A stretch of DNA of 64,000 nt from Oikopleura dioica (Eukaryota > Animalia > Chordata): contig OU015567.1 in assembly GCA_907165135.1 (NCBI GenBank), positions 4,340,001 to 4,404,000 on the forward strand. Direction: 5' to 3'. The notes beneath the pieces are model-generated. The model searched no databases. It was given only the letters and a program-made list of their open reading frames with translations, and was not told where the DNA came from. Made by a program: the position numbers and the translations under genes. Below are positions 39,572 to 52,157 of this stretch, piece after piece (within the stretch, counting starts at the first letter, position 1; the number at the start of each line of letters is the position of its first letter).

Positions 39572-42500
39572 CATGGGAAAGTCAAAAAAGAAAGCTGCAA
39601 AGAGAAATTCCCCGATTGACCAATTCGAAGTCATCGATAATTCTCAATTAGAGCAATTCCAATCGGTAAGGGTTTGGTTTTTTCTAGTACTTCTTTTGTT
39701 GTTTACACTTATTTTCAAAAAACCGATAATAAACGAAAAAATGGACTTTTGCTTTTGCTGCAATTCGCAAAGCTCGCAAGAGAGAAAGATTGAGAAATTT
39801 TTGGCGCAAAATGAGGCTTTTATTCATCCACGATCGGTTTTTCTTGAAGTAAAGATATCCTTTTAAGCTATCGCTTAAGGAGGGGGTCGACGAGAATCGG
39901 GATTTCCGTGACCAAAAATGCGGGAAAAGATAAGCAAAATCTGGATTTACGGGTGAATAGCAAAGGGTTGAAAAAATTAACCGGCGAGAAGTAGAAAAAA
40001 TTTTGGCCAGAAAAAATCGGTCAAAAATGCCGTCAAAGTAGGGGCATTTTCATAAAAATGCACCAAAAATAGTCATTTTTTTTACATTTTTCTTAATATC
40101 ACCCCCTAAATCTTATTTTTATTGAATGATTTTAGGCTCAACAGATTCGTGAGGATCTGTAGATTCCAAAAATATAAGATTCATACACAGACCATGTGTA
40201 TACGCGAAATTACGATCACCCCTGAAAAAATTCTCGTCGACCCCCCCCCTTAATTAACTAGAATAATAAAAACAAAAACAAAGTGCAATTTTCTTTTTAG
40301 AATGTGTCTAGATTCAGAAAAATTTTAATCTCTGTCTTCAATTTTGTTTCGAATATAATATAGATATAATTATATTGTTGAAGACAGAGATAAAAATTAT
40401 TCTGAATCAAGACACATTCTAAAATAAAGATGTCCTTTTTTGAATATTTGTTTTGTATTTATTGTTCTAGTTTATTTTCGATGATATGGAGAAATCAAAG
40501 AAATTGATATCCTTTTATCATGCTCGTAATTACTCTGCGTAATATATTAATAATAATATTATAAAGAAATAATAAATTATTTCAATTTATCGGCAAACTA
40601 ATCGATTAAAACGAGATATTTTTGATATCTTTTGAACTTCGAGCAGAATCGAAATCATTAATTTCAAGCATGAGTTGATTCCAATATTCGTTATCAAATA
40701 TTTACAAGTCCGTAAACATCCTTTTAGAAATGCCGGTTTCGCAAGAGTTGCATCCAGGGCGATTTCGACGCTGCAAGGAAAATGATCGAAGAGAATCCGT
40801 CGATCGAGCGAATTGTCGACAAATCCGGCTGGAATGGATTACACCACGCAGCCGCGGAAGGCCATTTTCCGATAGTTGAACTGTGTATTCGGTCAAATTT
40901 CAAGGTAGGGCGAGACTTTCTGTTGGGAAAATAATCCTCTACTTCAAGATCAACGCAAGGACGAAGGAAGATGAAACAGCCTTGTTGTTGGCGTCGAGGA
41001 ACGGGCATCAACATGTCGTTGATTATTTGATCAAAGAGAATGCCGATGTCTTTGCCATTTGTAAGTTAGCAGGGTCCTTTCTTTGTTACCTCTTTTTCAG
41101 CAAAAAGCGGACAAAACGCGCTCTCCGAAGCAGCAAGAAAGAACCGACCCCTGATCACATCTTTGCTTCAAGATGCGCTTCAAACACCACTGGCTTCCAG
41201 CACACCACGCGAGGAGAAAAAGAAGAACTCGGAAGACTTTTCTCTTGTTGGGACAACTAATTCAGACGTCGATTATATAAGGTTATATAAGGCGAACAAG
41301 ACATCTTCTATTCTATCTGTTAGAATAGAATAGATATGTCTTCTTTTAGAAGATATATGACGCAAACTTAGAAGATAAGTATTCAATTGTTTTTCTAGGA
41401 AACAACTTGCTGAAGCGAAGCAAAAACTGACGGACAAAAACAACGAAGTGACAACCTTAAAATCCGAAATCATCGAGCTGCACAAAGAACTTGACCTGCG
41501 AACTGAACAAATTGAACATATGAAGGGTCATTTTTCCCGTGAAGCAGCTGAGAAGGAAATAATGATTACGGTATGATTTGGCTCTCATACTCTCTTTGAA
41601 TTGGAATTTTTGTTTAGGAAATAAAGTCAGATATTGATTTGGTTTCCTCTGACGTTGAACGAACTAATGCCTTGCTTGAGACAGAGACAAACTTCAGGTA
41701 TTTTTTGGTTGAAAATTATCATAACGAAAAATCTGGAAACTTCGTCCAAGCTGTGGTTTGTTATATTTTCCTCCACCAACATCTGTTAATATCCGGTCTG
41801 GAAAGGACGAAAAATGCCAGAAGAAGTCATGCCCATTCGTTTCCATATTTTAGAGAGTCGCTGGAGGAGGAGAATCGCAAGCTGATGGACATCCTGCTCC
41901 GACGAGAAGAGACAATAAAAAGACTCGAGGTCCGGGCTCGCAATGCTCTAGAAATCTCTATCAGAGCCGACGACTACATCAAAAGTCACTCCTCAAGTTC
42001 GGGCTGAAATTTCTCTCTTCTTCACTTTTCTTCTTATAGCACTTCTTTTCTTAGTAGTCTATCTTTTCCTTCTCTTTCTTTTCATCCCTTTTTCTTGATA
42101 CGAACAGTTAGAATCCAGCAATAAGTCGCTCGCTGCCGAAAAAGAAGAACTCCACAAGCAAGTTTCAGACTTGCTAGCTTCCAAAAAGAATAGTTATCCC
42201 GGTAAGTTCATTTTTAATTACGATCAAACCAACGCAATATTAAAATCATGATATTATCATAGTTTCTTCAATTGTTTACGAAAAACAGAAAACTAATAAA
42301 TTTTATCTAAGAGCTTAAAAAAGAGAACAAAATGTTACGGGATGAACTTACCGATTCCCAAACGCGCAATCAACTTCTCGAAGATAAGGCCAAAGAATGG
42401 AAGGCGAAGCTTTTATCAGATGAGCCTGTGAAACGAGCAAAAATAATAACCCCGGCTGCGTCAGGAGATAATGAGATGATGATGGCTGCGGAAGCGTCAC

Positions 42501-43032
42501 GGAAGATGGCCGAGCTGAAAAAGGAAAATGAATTTTTGAAGGTAATCAAAATCAAAATTACAATAAACAAAAGCTGTTGATCATATAAATTTCCATTTTA
42601 GCTCGCGGCTTTTGTATCTTATGTTATTACTATTCACATCACGAGAGCAATATTTTTTTCAAAAAATTGAAAATCCTGACACAATATTTTCAGAATACAT
42701 TAACGACGGCCACCGAGAAATCGAAATCACTAGAATTCGAGCTCTCAAAGCTCAAAACCGAATCTTCCCTCGCCCAAAAATCCTCCGAATCCGACCTTCA
42801 ACGAATCTCCTCCGAGTTCACGATGCTAGAAGACCAGCTTCAAAAACTACTGACCGTGAAAAATGGTGAAGAAAAGCACTATACAAAGAGTCATTTATCA
42901 GAACCCTCATTTATCGATAGCGAAAGCGAAAAAGTTTTAGCACTAGAAGAGCATGTGAAACTTCTCGATCTTGAGAACGCTTTTCTAGCGCGGAGAATTA
43001 ACAAGTTAACTTCAGAAAAAAAGCCAAAGTAA
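39572..43032 (+). CDS. Ankyrin-repeat and long coiled-coil protein
   Basis: Exon 1 (MGKSKKK..., 39572-39664) joins ankyrin exons from 40728 (GWNGLHHAAAEGHFPIVELCI, ETALLLASRNGHQHVVDYLI), followed by multiple coiled-coil exons ending LARRINKLTSEKKPK*. Confidence 0.75.
39879..40249. mobile_element. TTAA-TSD MITE (Kolobok-like), inverted copy of 36363-36740, intronic
   Basis: TTAA at 39875-39878 and 40250-40253; same TIR and reverse-complement internal homology. Confidence 0.88.
40292..40430. repeat. AT-rich hairpin (~46-bp arms)
   Basis: TTTAGAATGTGTCTAGATTCAGAAAAATTTTAATCTCTGTCTTCAA pairs with the reverse complement of the 40379-40424 arm with a few mismatches. Confidence 0.75.
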
Positions 43033-43126
43033 AACGAGTCTCTGCGAAAGATTTTTATGTACACAGTTAAAATCTGCCTGTAATATTTTATTAATAAAAG
43101 CATCAAGAAAAACTTTCAAAAACTTT

Positions 43127-44308
43127 TCAAAGCTCACAGTTATTTGTATTGACATTAGCTGCCCAGTCGCAGATGTTCCCATTCCAAAGAGTTCCAGCAG
43201 CGCAAGTGTTGATCTTCGTCTGCCCGAGTTGGTAGCATTGGTACCATTTCTTGCACTTGCAGTGGCGGTAGTTGCCATCAGCTTTTCCTTGACAGAAATT
43301 GGGGTCGTCGGCGCATGGTGCTTCTGTTGTTGTTGGCTCCATTGTTGTCCCGTCGGTTGTTTCCGTCGTTGTGGAGGTTGTTGTGGATGTCGTCGAGGAG
43401 GAGGTCATGGTCGTTGTTGTTGCACCAAAGTCTTCATCAAAAATGCAGGAAAGATCCGTATGGATTCCTGGAAGATAGCGCACTTGTATATTCGGTAGAT
43501 CGCTGTAAGCAGCACCAGCTACTGTAACAACGAATTTTTTCCTATCTCCAGCGGCAACAAAGTCATAGGAGTTAAAAAGGACTACTCGGTTGTTGAGGCT
43601 TGTGGTGATTTCTGTTTCCCAGGTCTGGAAAGAAATTGATGCTGTTGGCTCTTCGTTGAACCAGAGAACGGCGGTCTTTTCTTAGGCTCTAGAATTCGAC
43701 CAGGAAAATTGATTTGGCTCCTAGACTCAGACTAGTAAACTAGAAAAAGGAAAAGTCGTAAATTCTCATTCATGAGCCCATCTCCATTCGTTCAAGTCCA
43801 TTTCCGGTTCGATTCGGATTCTCAGGATAAATCCCTCGTCCCATTGGTAGATAGTCCGCATGGCAAACCAAGGATCGTTCTTGTACATTCTTGGGCACTC
43901 AGGAGCGCAGCTGAAATCTCTGTTACGCTGAATATTCTTTTAGAGAATATTACTAAAATGGATTGGCTGGTTTCCATTTGCCGCTTTGCTTGCATTGAAT
44001 TTCAACGGTATTTTTCTTGTTCTTGTATTCTTCGATCAGTCCGTCAGAATTGACGTTTTTGAAGATCATATCGTAGCCATCATCACATGACAGCCAGCAC
44101 TTGGAATACAGTTGTCCCTCGTGACCGCCAGCAGTGCACCCATCGTTTCCAGCATCGATCGCTTCTTGCGTCAGTTTAATCACAGCTCTGTAAAATTGGC
44201 TTCTTACAGATTTCTCAGCTGCTTAACCCCTCGATCTGAACCCGTTCCTTTCCCATGTATCTTCCCAAGTTGGGCATGTTATTTGAGCACTTGCCATCCC
44301 AAAGGTAC
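43127..44308 (-). CDS. Protein with a sushi-like Cys module, Thr-rich linker and C-terminal chitin-binding type-2 (CBM14/peritrophin-A) domain; 5' end uncertain
   Basis: C-terminus FCQGKADGNYRHCKCKKWYQCYQLGQTKINTCAAGTLWNGNICDW, preceded by a poly-Thr stretch; in-frame exons traced to ~44308. Confidence 0.75.
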
Positions 44309-44684
44309 CTAGAAATTCAAGATCTAGGAAAAATTTCTCTCTTTTGCAAAAAACCTATCGAAAAGAGCTTCATTTTTCTCGATCCAAATTTTTTTTTATT
44401 AAATCAGACTGATGTCAAAATCTTTCATTAGAATAGAACCCGTCCGGGCGTAATCTCCGATATTTATGTTACGATAAGTTCGAATTGAAACCGTTTCGGA
44501 GTATCCCGGCTAAACTTTCCCATATAATAGCAAGAATATAACGTATTTCTTGCTGGTTCCTTATTGCAAGCTATATTTTTAGAGCTAGTTCTCTTTAGAA
44601 AGTGCCTGTTTCCGTCTATTTATATCATTATTTGAATCAAAATAGCTCTTTTTCACGTCAGTTTATTCGTTTTTGGAAACGAAA

Positions 44685-46253
44685 ATGTCAAAATCGACAA
44701 TGAGAAAAGCTTTTATACTATTTATTGGGAGAGAAATATTTGCAACAAGTGTTCGATGCCAGGAATATCCAGAAAAGGGTCTAAATATAATTAATTTTCT
44801 CCACGATTTTCAACAAAAAAGAGCCCTTGAAAGAACTTAAATGTCCAGGAGAGCCTTTTCTCCGGCTCAAGAACTTGATTACTCTTGAAGAATGCTTTGA
44901 AGAATGCAAAAAGATTCCGGCATGCAAGTTTTTCGGAAGCGTTTCCGATCTCACCGAAGGTAAATAAAACAAACTTCTCCTCACTAACGACTAAGGATTC
45001 ATTTCTATGTTTATGAATTGCATCGGCACGGACAACTGCGAATATGACTTTGGTGATTGCGATTTGTTTTCTGAGCAAGCGTGTTCTGAATTTGTCGAAA
45101 GCCGACCCGTTGTTCTCGTCGAAAAAGAAGGCTGCGAGGAAGTTTCGTTGGAAGAATTGAGCTGCTACGGTCTTCCGCCTTTTGATGAATCGTTGGATGA
45201 GACTGAGGTAAAATTGAAATTTCCTTCGTGTATCAAGTCTTTCTGCTTGTTCTGAAATTATGCTACATGTATATTCAGTATCAAGGCTACGGATCGACGG
45301 GTTGTTGGATCAAAGCTTCAGAAGACGCACCATGTCAAATTAAGAACGATGCTTGCTTCACTATCGGCACCGTTTTATCCATTCATTTACACTTCAAGAA
45401 TTTTCATTCAAATTCATTTCTTTATCGGTTTAATTAAAAGTTTATCAAGGTGAAATTTGTGGATAAACCTGAAAGATTGCGATACCAAGTCTAATTTTCT
45501 TCAAGCTTCGTTGAGGGCTGATGTGCTGATGGCTGATAATCATAATACTGAAGGAACTGTTTCTCAAGATATTCGAGCGATAAAATGGCGATGTTTGCCT
45601 TGGAAGTAAATTTTAAGCCGGCAACTTTAATCGAATTTTCTTGAGATATGGATTCAAGAAAACCAACTTCAAATAATCAACCAGTTCCACTCCAACCTTG
45701 AAGACGTCGATAATTGCTCTGACGACATGTACTCTGCCACTTTTGATGAGTCAACAAACGAATTCCATTTTGAAGTCGATCGAGCTTGCTTTGAAACTGC
45801 CCTTGGTAATGCCTTTATGAATGATCAAATGCGATTTATATGTAGATAATTACGGAACGCTGAGCTTTGGAAGAAATTTTCGATTCGAGGTTTATTCTGA
45901 TGAAACTACTCAAGCAGGAAATCGGGTCGTAAAGATCGAATTATAAGATGATATTCCGGAAAAACATTGTTTTTCCCGTAATAATTGTCTTCGACCGAGA
46001 TGTCAGATCAAACAATTTTCTTCCTGAGCGAAAACAAGATCGATATTCGATTCACGTGTTCTATCGCCACAAGGTTTTTATGACTATTTTTCACTTACAA
46101 CTTCAACTGTCTGAACTCCAAGACAAAATATGTCTTTCTTTTGATGATTCAACGAGGAATATCAACTTTATTTCAGGATGGAGGCAGACTCACAAGACGT
46201 CGAAAAGAATTTCAGCTAAAAGTGCATCTGTGGAAATGTTTTTACAAAAATAA
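44685..46253 (+). CDS. Secreted Cys-rich protein with PAN/apple-like and LNR-like segments
   Basis: Signal-like N-terminus, CFEECKKIPACKFF (PAN-like) and NCEYDFGDC (LNR-like); many short introns, structure only partly resolved. Confidence 0.5.
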
Positions 46254-46553
46254 ACAGTTGAGAACAGGAAATTCTCTAAGAGAAGACTTCTTTTAAAATT
46301 GTTAATGAGTTTTTTGAGCAAAGTATCATAAAAATATAAAATCGATCTTTAGTCTTCAATCAAGACTTTTGATTAAAATTCATAATTCTCAAGAAAAAGT
46401 TGCGTTCCCAGGTGATTGTAGGAAAATTTTCCTACGAGCAGTCAGTCGGTTCTCCTTCGCTTTTATCGCTTTGCAAATTTGCATCAAACTCATTTTTAAT
46501 CGACCACTTCGAAAATTCAAGATTTTCCCGGCACAACTGTCTAAAACTCAAAG

Positions 46554-47136
46554 ATGGGCAAATCTGAAGAAGCTGAGGAAAAAGCACCTCCATCCTACCA
46601 AGAGAATGTCGAAGTTACAACTATCCAACCAACGTCAACAAATGAAATCCAACCGGTAATCGTTCAAACTGCGCCTCAAGTGATCATGACGCAGCCGAAA
46701 ACTTGGAAGAGACCATGGCAATCGATCAGTTGGTGTGATTCTGAATGCTGTCTCGCATGCTGGTCTGATTATTAGCGATTTTATTGTTTGCGATTTTTTT
46801 TCTTTAGGGCTTTGCCGTGCTATTTTGGGCGGGTCTACGCGAAATTCGAAGGCGAAGAAACCTTTTGCGGAAAATGTTGCCTGAGTAAGTTTGCAAGAGT
46901 TAACCTATTAAACTGATTTCAAGGATGTTACTGTCCCTGGTTTTGCTGGATTGGGACTGAAATGGCTCTTCAGAATCGAATCGCGGCTCGGCAAGGAGTT
47001 CAAGGTAAAACAATCTCTTCTCGTCGAAATTTCTAAAATTTTCGGATTTTTAGCTCCAAATGCGGGTTGCCTCGCTATGTACTTTTGCGAACCATGTGTG
47101 CTGGCGTCCATGTACTACGAACTCCTTGATAACTGA
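46554..47136 (+). CDS. PLAC8/cornifelin-like cysteine-rich protein, paralogue 1
   Basis: PPSY motif, then WCDSECCLACW-ALPCYFG...CCL...GCLAMYFCEPCVLASMYYEL; four exons. Confidence 0.75.
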
Positions 47137-47339
47137 ATTTTTCTTTCAATACATGATAACACAAGCTCACAAGTTTCTGTTACTAATTGTAGGAAAAGAA
47201 TTTTCCTATAACAAGAAAGTCGGCTACCTTTCAAATTGTCTTTTACTACAGTGCAAATCTCAATCAAGCTCAATTTTTATGAGCCACTTGACGAATTCCA
47301 GAAAAATTCGGAAGAGAAACGTTCTTAGATCAGAGAAAA

Positions 47340-47916
47340 ATGGGCAAATCTGAAGAAACGGAAGAGAAAGCTCCTCCAACGTACCAAGAAAATGTCGAAG
47401 TAACGACCATCCAACCAAGCTCGAGCAATGTCATCAATCCAGTTGTTGTTGAAACTGCGCCGCAAGTGATCATGACACAGCCGCGGACTTGGAAGCGACC
47501 ATGGCAGTCGCTGAGCTGGTGTGATTCTGAATGCTGTCTCGCATATTGGTTTGATGTCTTTGTTTGTCACTTTATTAAGAATTCTAGGGCTCGACCGTGC
47601 TATCTTGGACGCGTTTACGCAAGATACGAGGGAGAAGAGTCCTGTTCTGGGCAAACTTGTCTGAGTAAGTCAAATTTAGCTAAAACCTCAAACTTATGAA
47701 TTAAGGATGCTGCCTACCTTGGTGCTGCTATATTGGTTCCGAGATGGCCCTCCAGAATCGACTCGCAGCCCAGATGGGAATTCAAAGTAATGTTTTCTTG
47801 GTTCAAACAAATCTCTTAATGTTTTTCATTAAGCTCCTAATGGCGGCTGCTGTACCATGTACTGGTGCGAGGCTTGCGTTTTGGCCTCCATGTACTACGA
47901 GCTCACTGAAAATTAG
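47340..47916 (+). CDS. PLAC8/cornifelin-like cysteine-rich protein, paralogue 2
   Basis: Tandem duplicate of 46554-47136 with the same intron positions. Confidence 0.75.
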
Positions 47917-48189
47917 AGTATTGATGATGATGTCAGTAGAAAAGCTTTATTTTTTTCAATTTTTGTTAAATTTTATTTTAAAAAATACATTTAAAAATCT
48001 ATCAAACAAGCAATTAGTTTCTTGTCAGCATTATAAAAGAGAGAATCTGAGATTCTAATTAGGAATATGAAATCGATCCACATACAAGTCTATTTCTATT
48101 TGTGAAAGAATAGTTTAGACAAAAAGTAAGTTTTTTCCAGATCTTCAAGTCTCAAAATACGTTTTTGATCGAGAAACAACTTCATTTTG

Positions 48190-48533
48190 ATGTGCTGCAA
48201 AAATGCCTATCTTGGTTATTTCGTGCTCTTCTTTGTCATTCTTTCGTAAGTTCCACCGACCAAATATGACAATTTAAACATCGCCAAAGACTTGTTGCGG
48301 TCTCGATAGTTTTGGAAAATTTTTTTCACCGCGTTGCCTCGCCTTGGGAAGAATTTCTTCGTTCAATCAATACTTTATCTGTCGCTCTTTCTCCCTTCAC
48401 AGTTTCATATGCTTCTATAAGTGTTGCCTGCTGTTTTCTATATTTTTCAAAAGCCTGGAGTTGCATAAATGTCAGCTGGAATTGGGCTCATAATATAAGG
48501 CACAGTATCATTAGCGAAACTACTACTGTTTAA
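48190..48533 (+). CDS. Small two-TM protein, paralogue 1 (99 aa)
   Basis: Exons 48190-48245 and 48290-48533; MCCKNAYLGYF...SETTTV*. Confidence 0.7.
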
Positions 48534-48764
48534 ATAAATTCAATCGACGAAGTTTTCTCTTTTTAGAATTAAATGAATAAAAAGATTTCTCTTTTTAATA
48601 ATTGTCGAATTGTCAGCCTAACTAAAGAGAATCAACATCAATCCAAAATATGCCACCTTCTGCAGTACAGAGAGTTCTCTCATTCGCACTCGAGAGAAAT
48701 TTTACTCAAGACTTTTTATTGAAAATCTACTTGAAACGGTTGCAAAAAAAGTCTCTTGAATACA

Positions 48765-49091
48765 ATGTGCTCCAAAAGTTGCTGTGATGGATATTTCGCG
48801 TTTGGTTGGACCTTTCTTTTGTAAGTTTCAATGATAAAATTTTTCGTTCTATTGCATTTTTGAAGGATCGTTGGAATCCTCATGATGGTCGAGAAAATTG
48901 TTGACGACGAATCGCCCTTCCAAAAATACATTGATTTTATTTACACATCTCCTATTTCTCCTTTTACAATTTCCTACACTTCTTTCGCAGTTGCCTGTTG
49001 TTTTGTTATTTTTCCGAAATATCGGAAATGCACTAAAAACGACGGGAGCTCGAATATTGAACAGAGTATCAATAGAGAAACAGATGTTTAA
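48765..49091 (+). CDS. Small two-TM protein, paralogue 2 (93 aa)
   Basis: Exons 48765-48820 and 48866-49091; MCSKSCCDGYFAFG...INRETDV*. Confidence 0.75.
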
Positions 49092-49343
49092 TGTCATTTT
49101 AATCAGTTTTTGAGCGTAATTCGGACTTCGAAGAGACATCTCTTTTCGACTTGTCAGAGTTGATTTGTCAGCAGTATCCGAGAGATCCTGATTAAGAATT
49201 CAAAATCGACCGAAAATATGTTGCTAATTAGAGACTCTGTAGTACATCGAGTGTTTCATCTTCTTATAAACGGGAAGAGAAAATCAGCTGTATTTTTAGT
49301 CGAAATAAATTTTTATTCTGAAAAGAGACGAAATCATTTTTGA

Positions 49344-49667
49344 ATGTGCTGCAGGCGCTGTTGCATCGGATATTTCGCTTTTGGTTGTACCGTCCTTCTG
49401 TGAGTCTCAAAGACAAACGAGTTTGCTTTACATATTTCAAGAGTTGTTGGCATTGTGGTTATTTGCGAAAATATTGTTGACGACCAATCGCCTTGGAAAA
49501 ATTACGTTGATTTCATTAACAGTTCACCCTTTTCGCCTTTTACTCTTTCCTACACTTCTTTGACTGTTGCTTGCTGTTTCATTATTTTTCCGAAAATCAG
49601 GAATTTCCTTAAAATCGACCCGAATCAAGATTTTGGGCACAGTATAATAAACGAAACAGATGTTTGA
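49344..49667 (+). CDS. Small two-TM protein, paralogue 3 (93 aa)
   Basis: Exons 49344-49399 and 49442-49667; MCCRRCCIGYFAFG...IINETDV*. Confidence 0.75.
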
Positions 49668-49715
49668 TTCTTATTAAAAACAAAGAGAAAATAAAATAAG
49701 GATCTCACGAAGTTT

Positions 49716-49920
49716 GCAAAACCTGAGTCAGGGTCTGAAAGAGGTTGTATGAAAAGCCGCGTAGCGGCTTTTTAAAAAAGAAGCCGCGAAGCGGCTTCAC
49801 TAAAAGTTACATCTGAATCGATTGTTTACTCTAGCGAAGCCGCTTTGCGGCTTCTTTTTTAAAAAGCCGCTTTGCGGCTTTTCATTTAAGCTCTTTTAGA
49901 CCCTGACTCAGGTTTTCGCG
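49716..49920. repeat. Long (205 bp) hairpin of the CCTGAGTCAGG family with internal AAGCCGC-N-GCGGCTT units
   Basis: Near-symmetric arms, each carrying two AAGCCGC...GCGGCTT mini-palindromes. Confidence 0.85.
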
Positions 49921-50022
49921 CTCAGCTTGCTTATCTCTCCTTGGAGACATTTCGTCTGAAAGTTCAAATACAGTACAGTTCTGAGCACAGGAAGAAATGA
50001 AAAAAGCAATAAACGAATTTGA

Positions 50023-51295
50023 GTACAACCTGACGATCGCAGAAGAGTTCCGTTAGATTTATGGTCCCAATACCTCCGACCACGTTCACCCCGGGCCAAA
50101 GGTCAGGAAACGCGCCATTTTCTGCAGCGCGCTAGAACTTATCGCTATTTCTGCTAGAAATATTTCAGAAGAAAGAAAAAAAGAGAGATGATGTTTTATT
50201 TACTGATAGGCTTCGTTCTCAAAATCTATCTCAAAAATTGAAACAAAAATTGAAGAAAAAAATTGCGAACGAAAAAACAAGGAGGAAATATTTTAATATT
50301 CATTATTTTTTGGCTTGTTCGACTTTTTCAAAAAGAGAATGAAGGAATCTCTGAAGAATCGACAGAAACAAACTTGAGTCTTCCGCCTGGATTCGTGGTT
50401 GAAAGCCGGAGAAACTCGATTTTGAGGAGGAAATCTATTGATTTATCCAAGGTTATCCTGTCTCCTGATCTCGACAACCTGCGTGGAAATCCTGAGTCAG
50501 GATTCGAAAAATCGTTCATGAAAAGCCGATCTTTCAGACCCTGACTCAGGTTTTCTACACAGGTTGGCGAGCCGAGTCTGTCTCCCAAAAATCATGTCTC
50601 ATCAACTTTTTCTAGGTGATGGATCAACAACTGGCCCTTCGGATGCAAAAATTACACAAGAAATTTGCGAAACAAGCGACGGCGCAGCACGCTTTTGACC
50701 TCCCAAACATCATCCATCAGCTGACTAATGCCAAGGATAACTTTTCCGCCAACCGCAATTCTGTTCCTCCAGGTAGTTTGACCCACCCTCGCGAAGAGAA
50801 AGAAATTCTAGGGATGCGAAAATGGAGAAAAACAACGGGAACCCGAGGTTCAATAAATCTTCGTGCGCCAAATTTTGAAGAAAAACTCGATGGTAAGACC
50901 TTTATTAGAGGCTTTTAACAATGCTTCTAGACCTGATAAGGGCATCTTCTCAAAAGTCGCCGAACTCATTACTGTCAATTCTGTACAATGCAGAAGACGA
51001 CGAGCAAGATGATGATTCATCGAGTATCAGAAAAGAAGCTGACAGGGAATGTCCGGGAGGAGTCGAAAATGAAAGGGTTTCTAGCCAGATTTCTGGGGAC
51101 AACCTGTGTAGAAACCTGAGTCAGGGTATACAAGATTTTGTAGTTTCAGGCCCTGACTCAGGATTTCTTCACATGTTGATGAGCCCAGACTAGGGGGGTC
51201 TCTAAAAAGATCAATCCCGTAATAATTCTCATTTGACTTCTGCAAAGATAAAATTATCCCGTCTATCCCGCGAAGAATTAGCGCGCATGTTCTGA
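50023..51295 (+). CDS. Uncharacterised multi-exon protein; two introns contain hairpin elements
   Basis: Coding-like segments (ENEGISEES...DLSK, MDQQLALRMQKLHKKF...EEKLD, DLIRASSQKS...EADR) separated by GT/GA/GG-AG introns; ends uncertain. Confidence 0.45.
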
Positions 51296-51491
51296 TGTCA
51301 AAATCCCGCAGTGACAGAACTTCATAGCGAAGCACCTTAAGGTGCCAACGCGTCTTCCTTTCGACACAGTCATAATCAACTCATCCTTTTTAAGCTCTAG
51401 AAATTTCTTCAAATAAACTCCATTTTCTGAATTAGTTCTTGAGATTCTTTTGAGGTGTTCTTAATTTATTTAGCGGAGGAGGAGGATGAAT

Positions 51492-51984
51492 TTACAGCTT
51501 TTCAAAGTCGGACTTTTTGAAGTGAACTGGAGTTGGGTCGGATTCGGCGCAGATTTCGAAGTCTTCTTTGAGGTCGGTTCGGATGCCGTTCAAACTGAAG
51601 TATCAGTAAGAGGCAAGAAGAGGGCTTCGAGTCGAAAACTTACGGTTCCTGAAGACAAGGTTGCGCCTCAAATGTACTCTCGCATTTGCCCTTTCTCGCC
51701 CGAGTTCGTAAAATCCTATCTTCGGCATTATTCAAGCAGCAACTCGACCACTCCGACCAGTCGAGACAACAAGCTCCCTTCAAATTGACAATCCGCAAGA
51801 GGAGACAAAAAGAAGGTACCTTGTCGCAAATTTTCAACTCCTCGAGTTTTTGAATGGCGCAAATCTTTTCGTTTCCAGTGCACTCACGAGTTCGCTTCGT
51901 TGTTCCTAGACCACAGGTGGAGGAACACTCGGCCCACGCACTCCAGTCTGTCAGGGTCGCTAGGAAAACATGGATAAAGTTCAT
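51492..51984 (-). CDS. Small secreted protein with two thrombospondin type-1 repeats
   Basis: WSAWAECSSTCGLGTTKRTREC and WSEWSSCC...RTRAR; three exons. Confidence 0.75.
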
Positions 51985-52127
51985 AATTAATTGGCCACGA
52001 TACGTTCCATTCTGTTTTGAAAAAGGTCGGAAGCCATGTTCAAAAATTTCTTACATGACTGATATTTTGATTAAAAAAAAGTTATTTTACGACGCAAAAA
52101 CTAAAATTAAAATCAAATTCCTTTTCC

Positions 52128-52157
52128 TTAGGGTTAGGGTTAGGGTTAGGGTTAGCG
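52128..52157 (+). repeat. Interstitial telomere-type repeat (TTAGGG)4 TTAGCG
   Basis: Read directly from the sequence. Confidence 0.9.
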
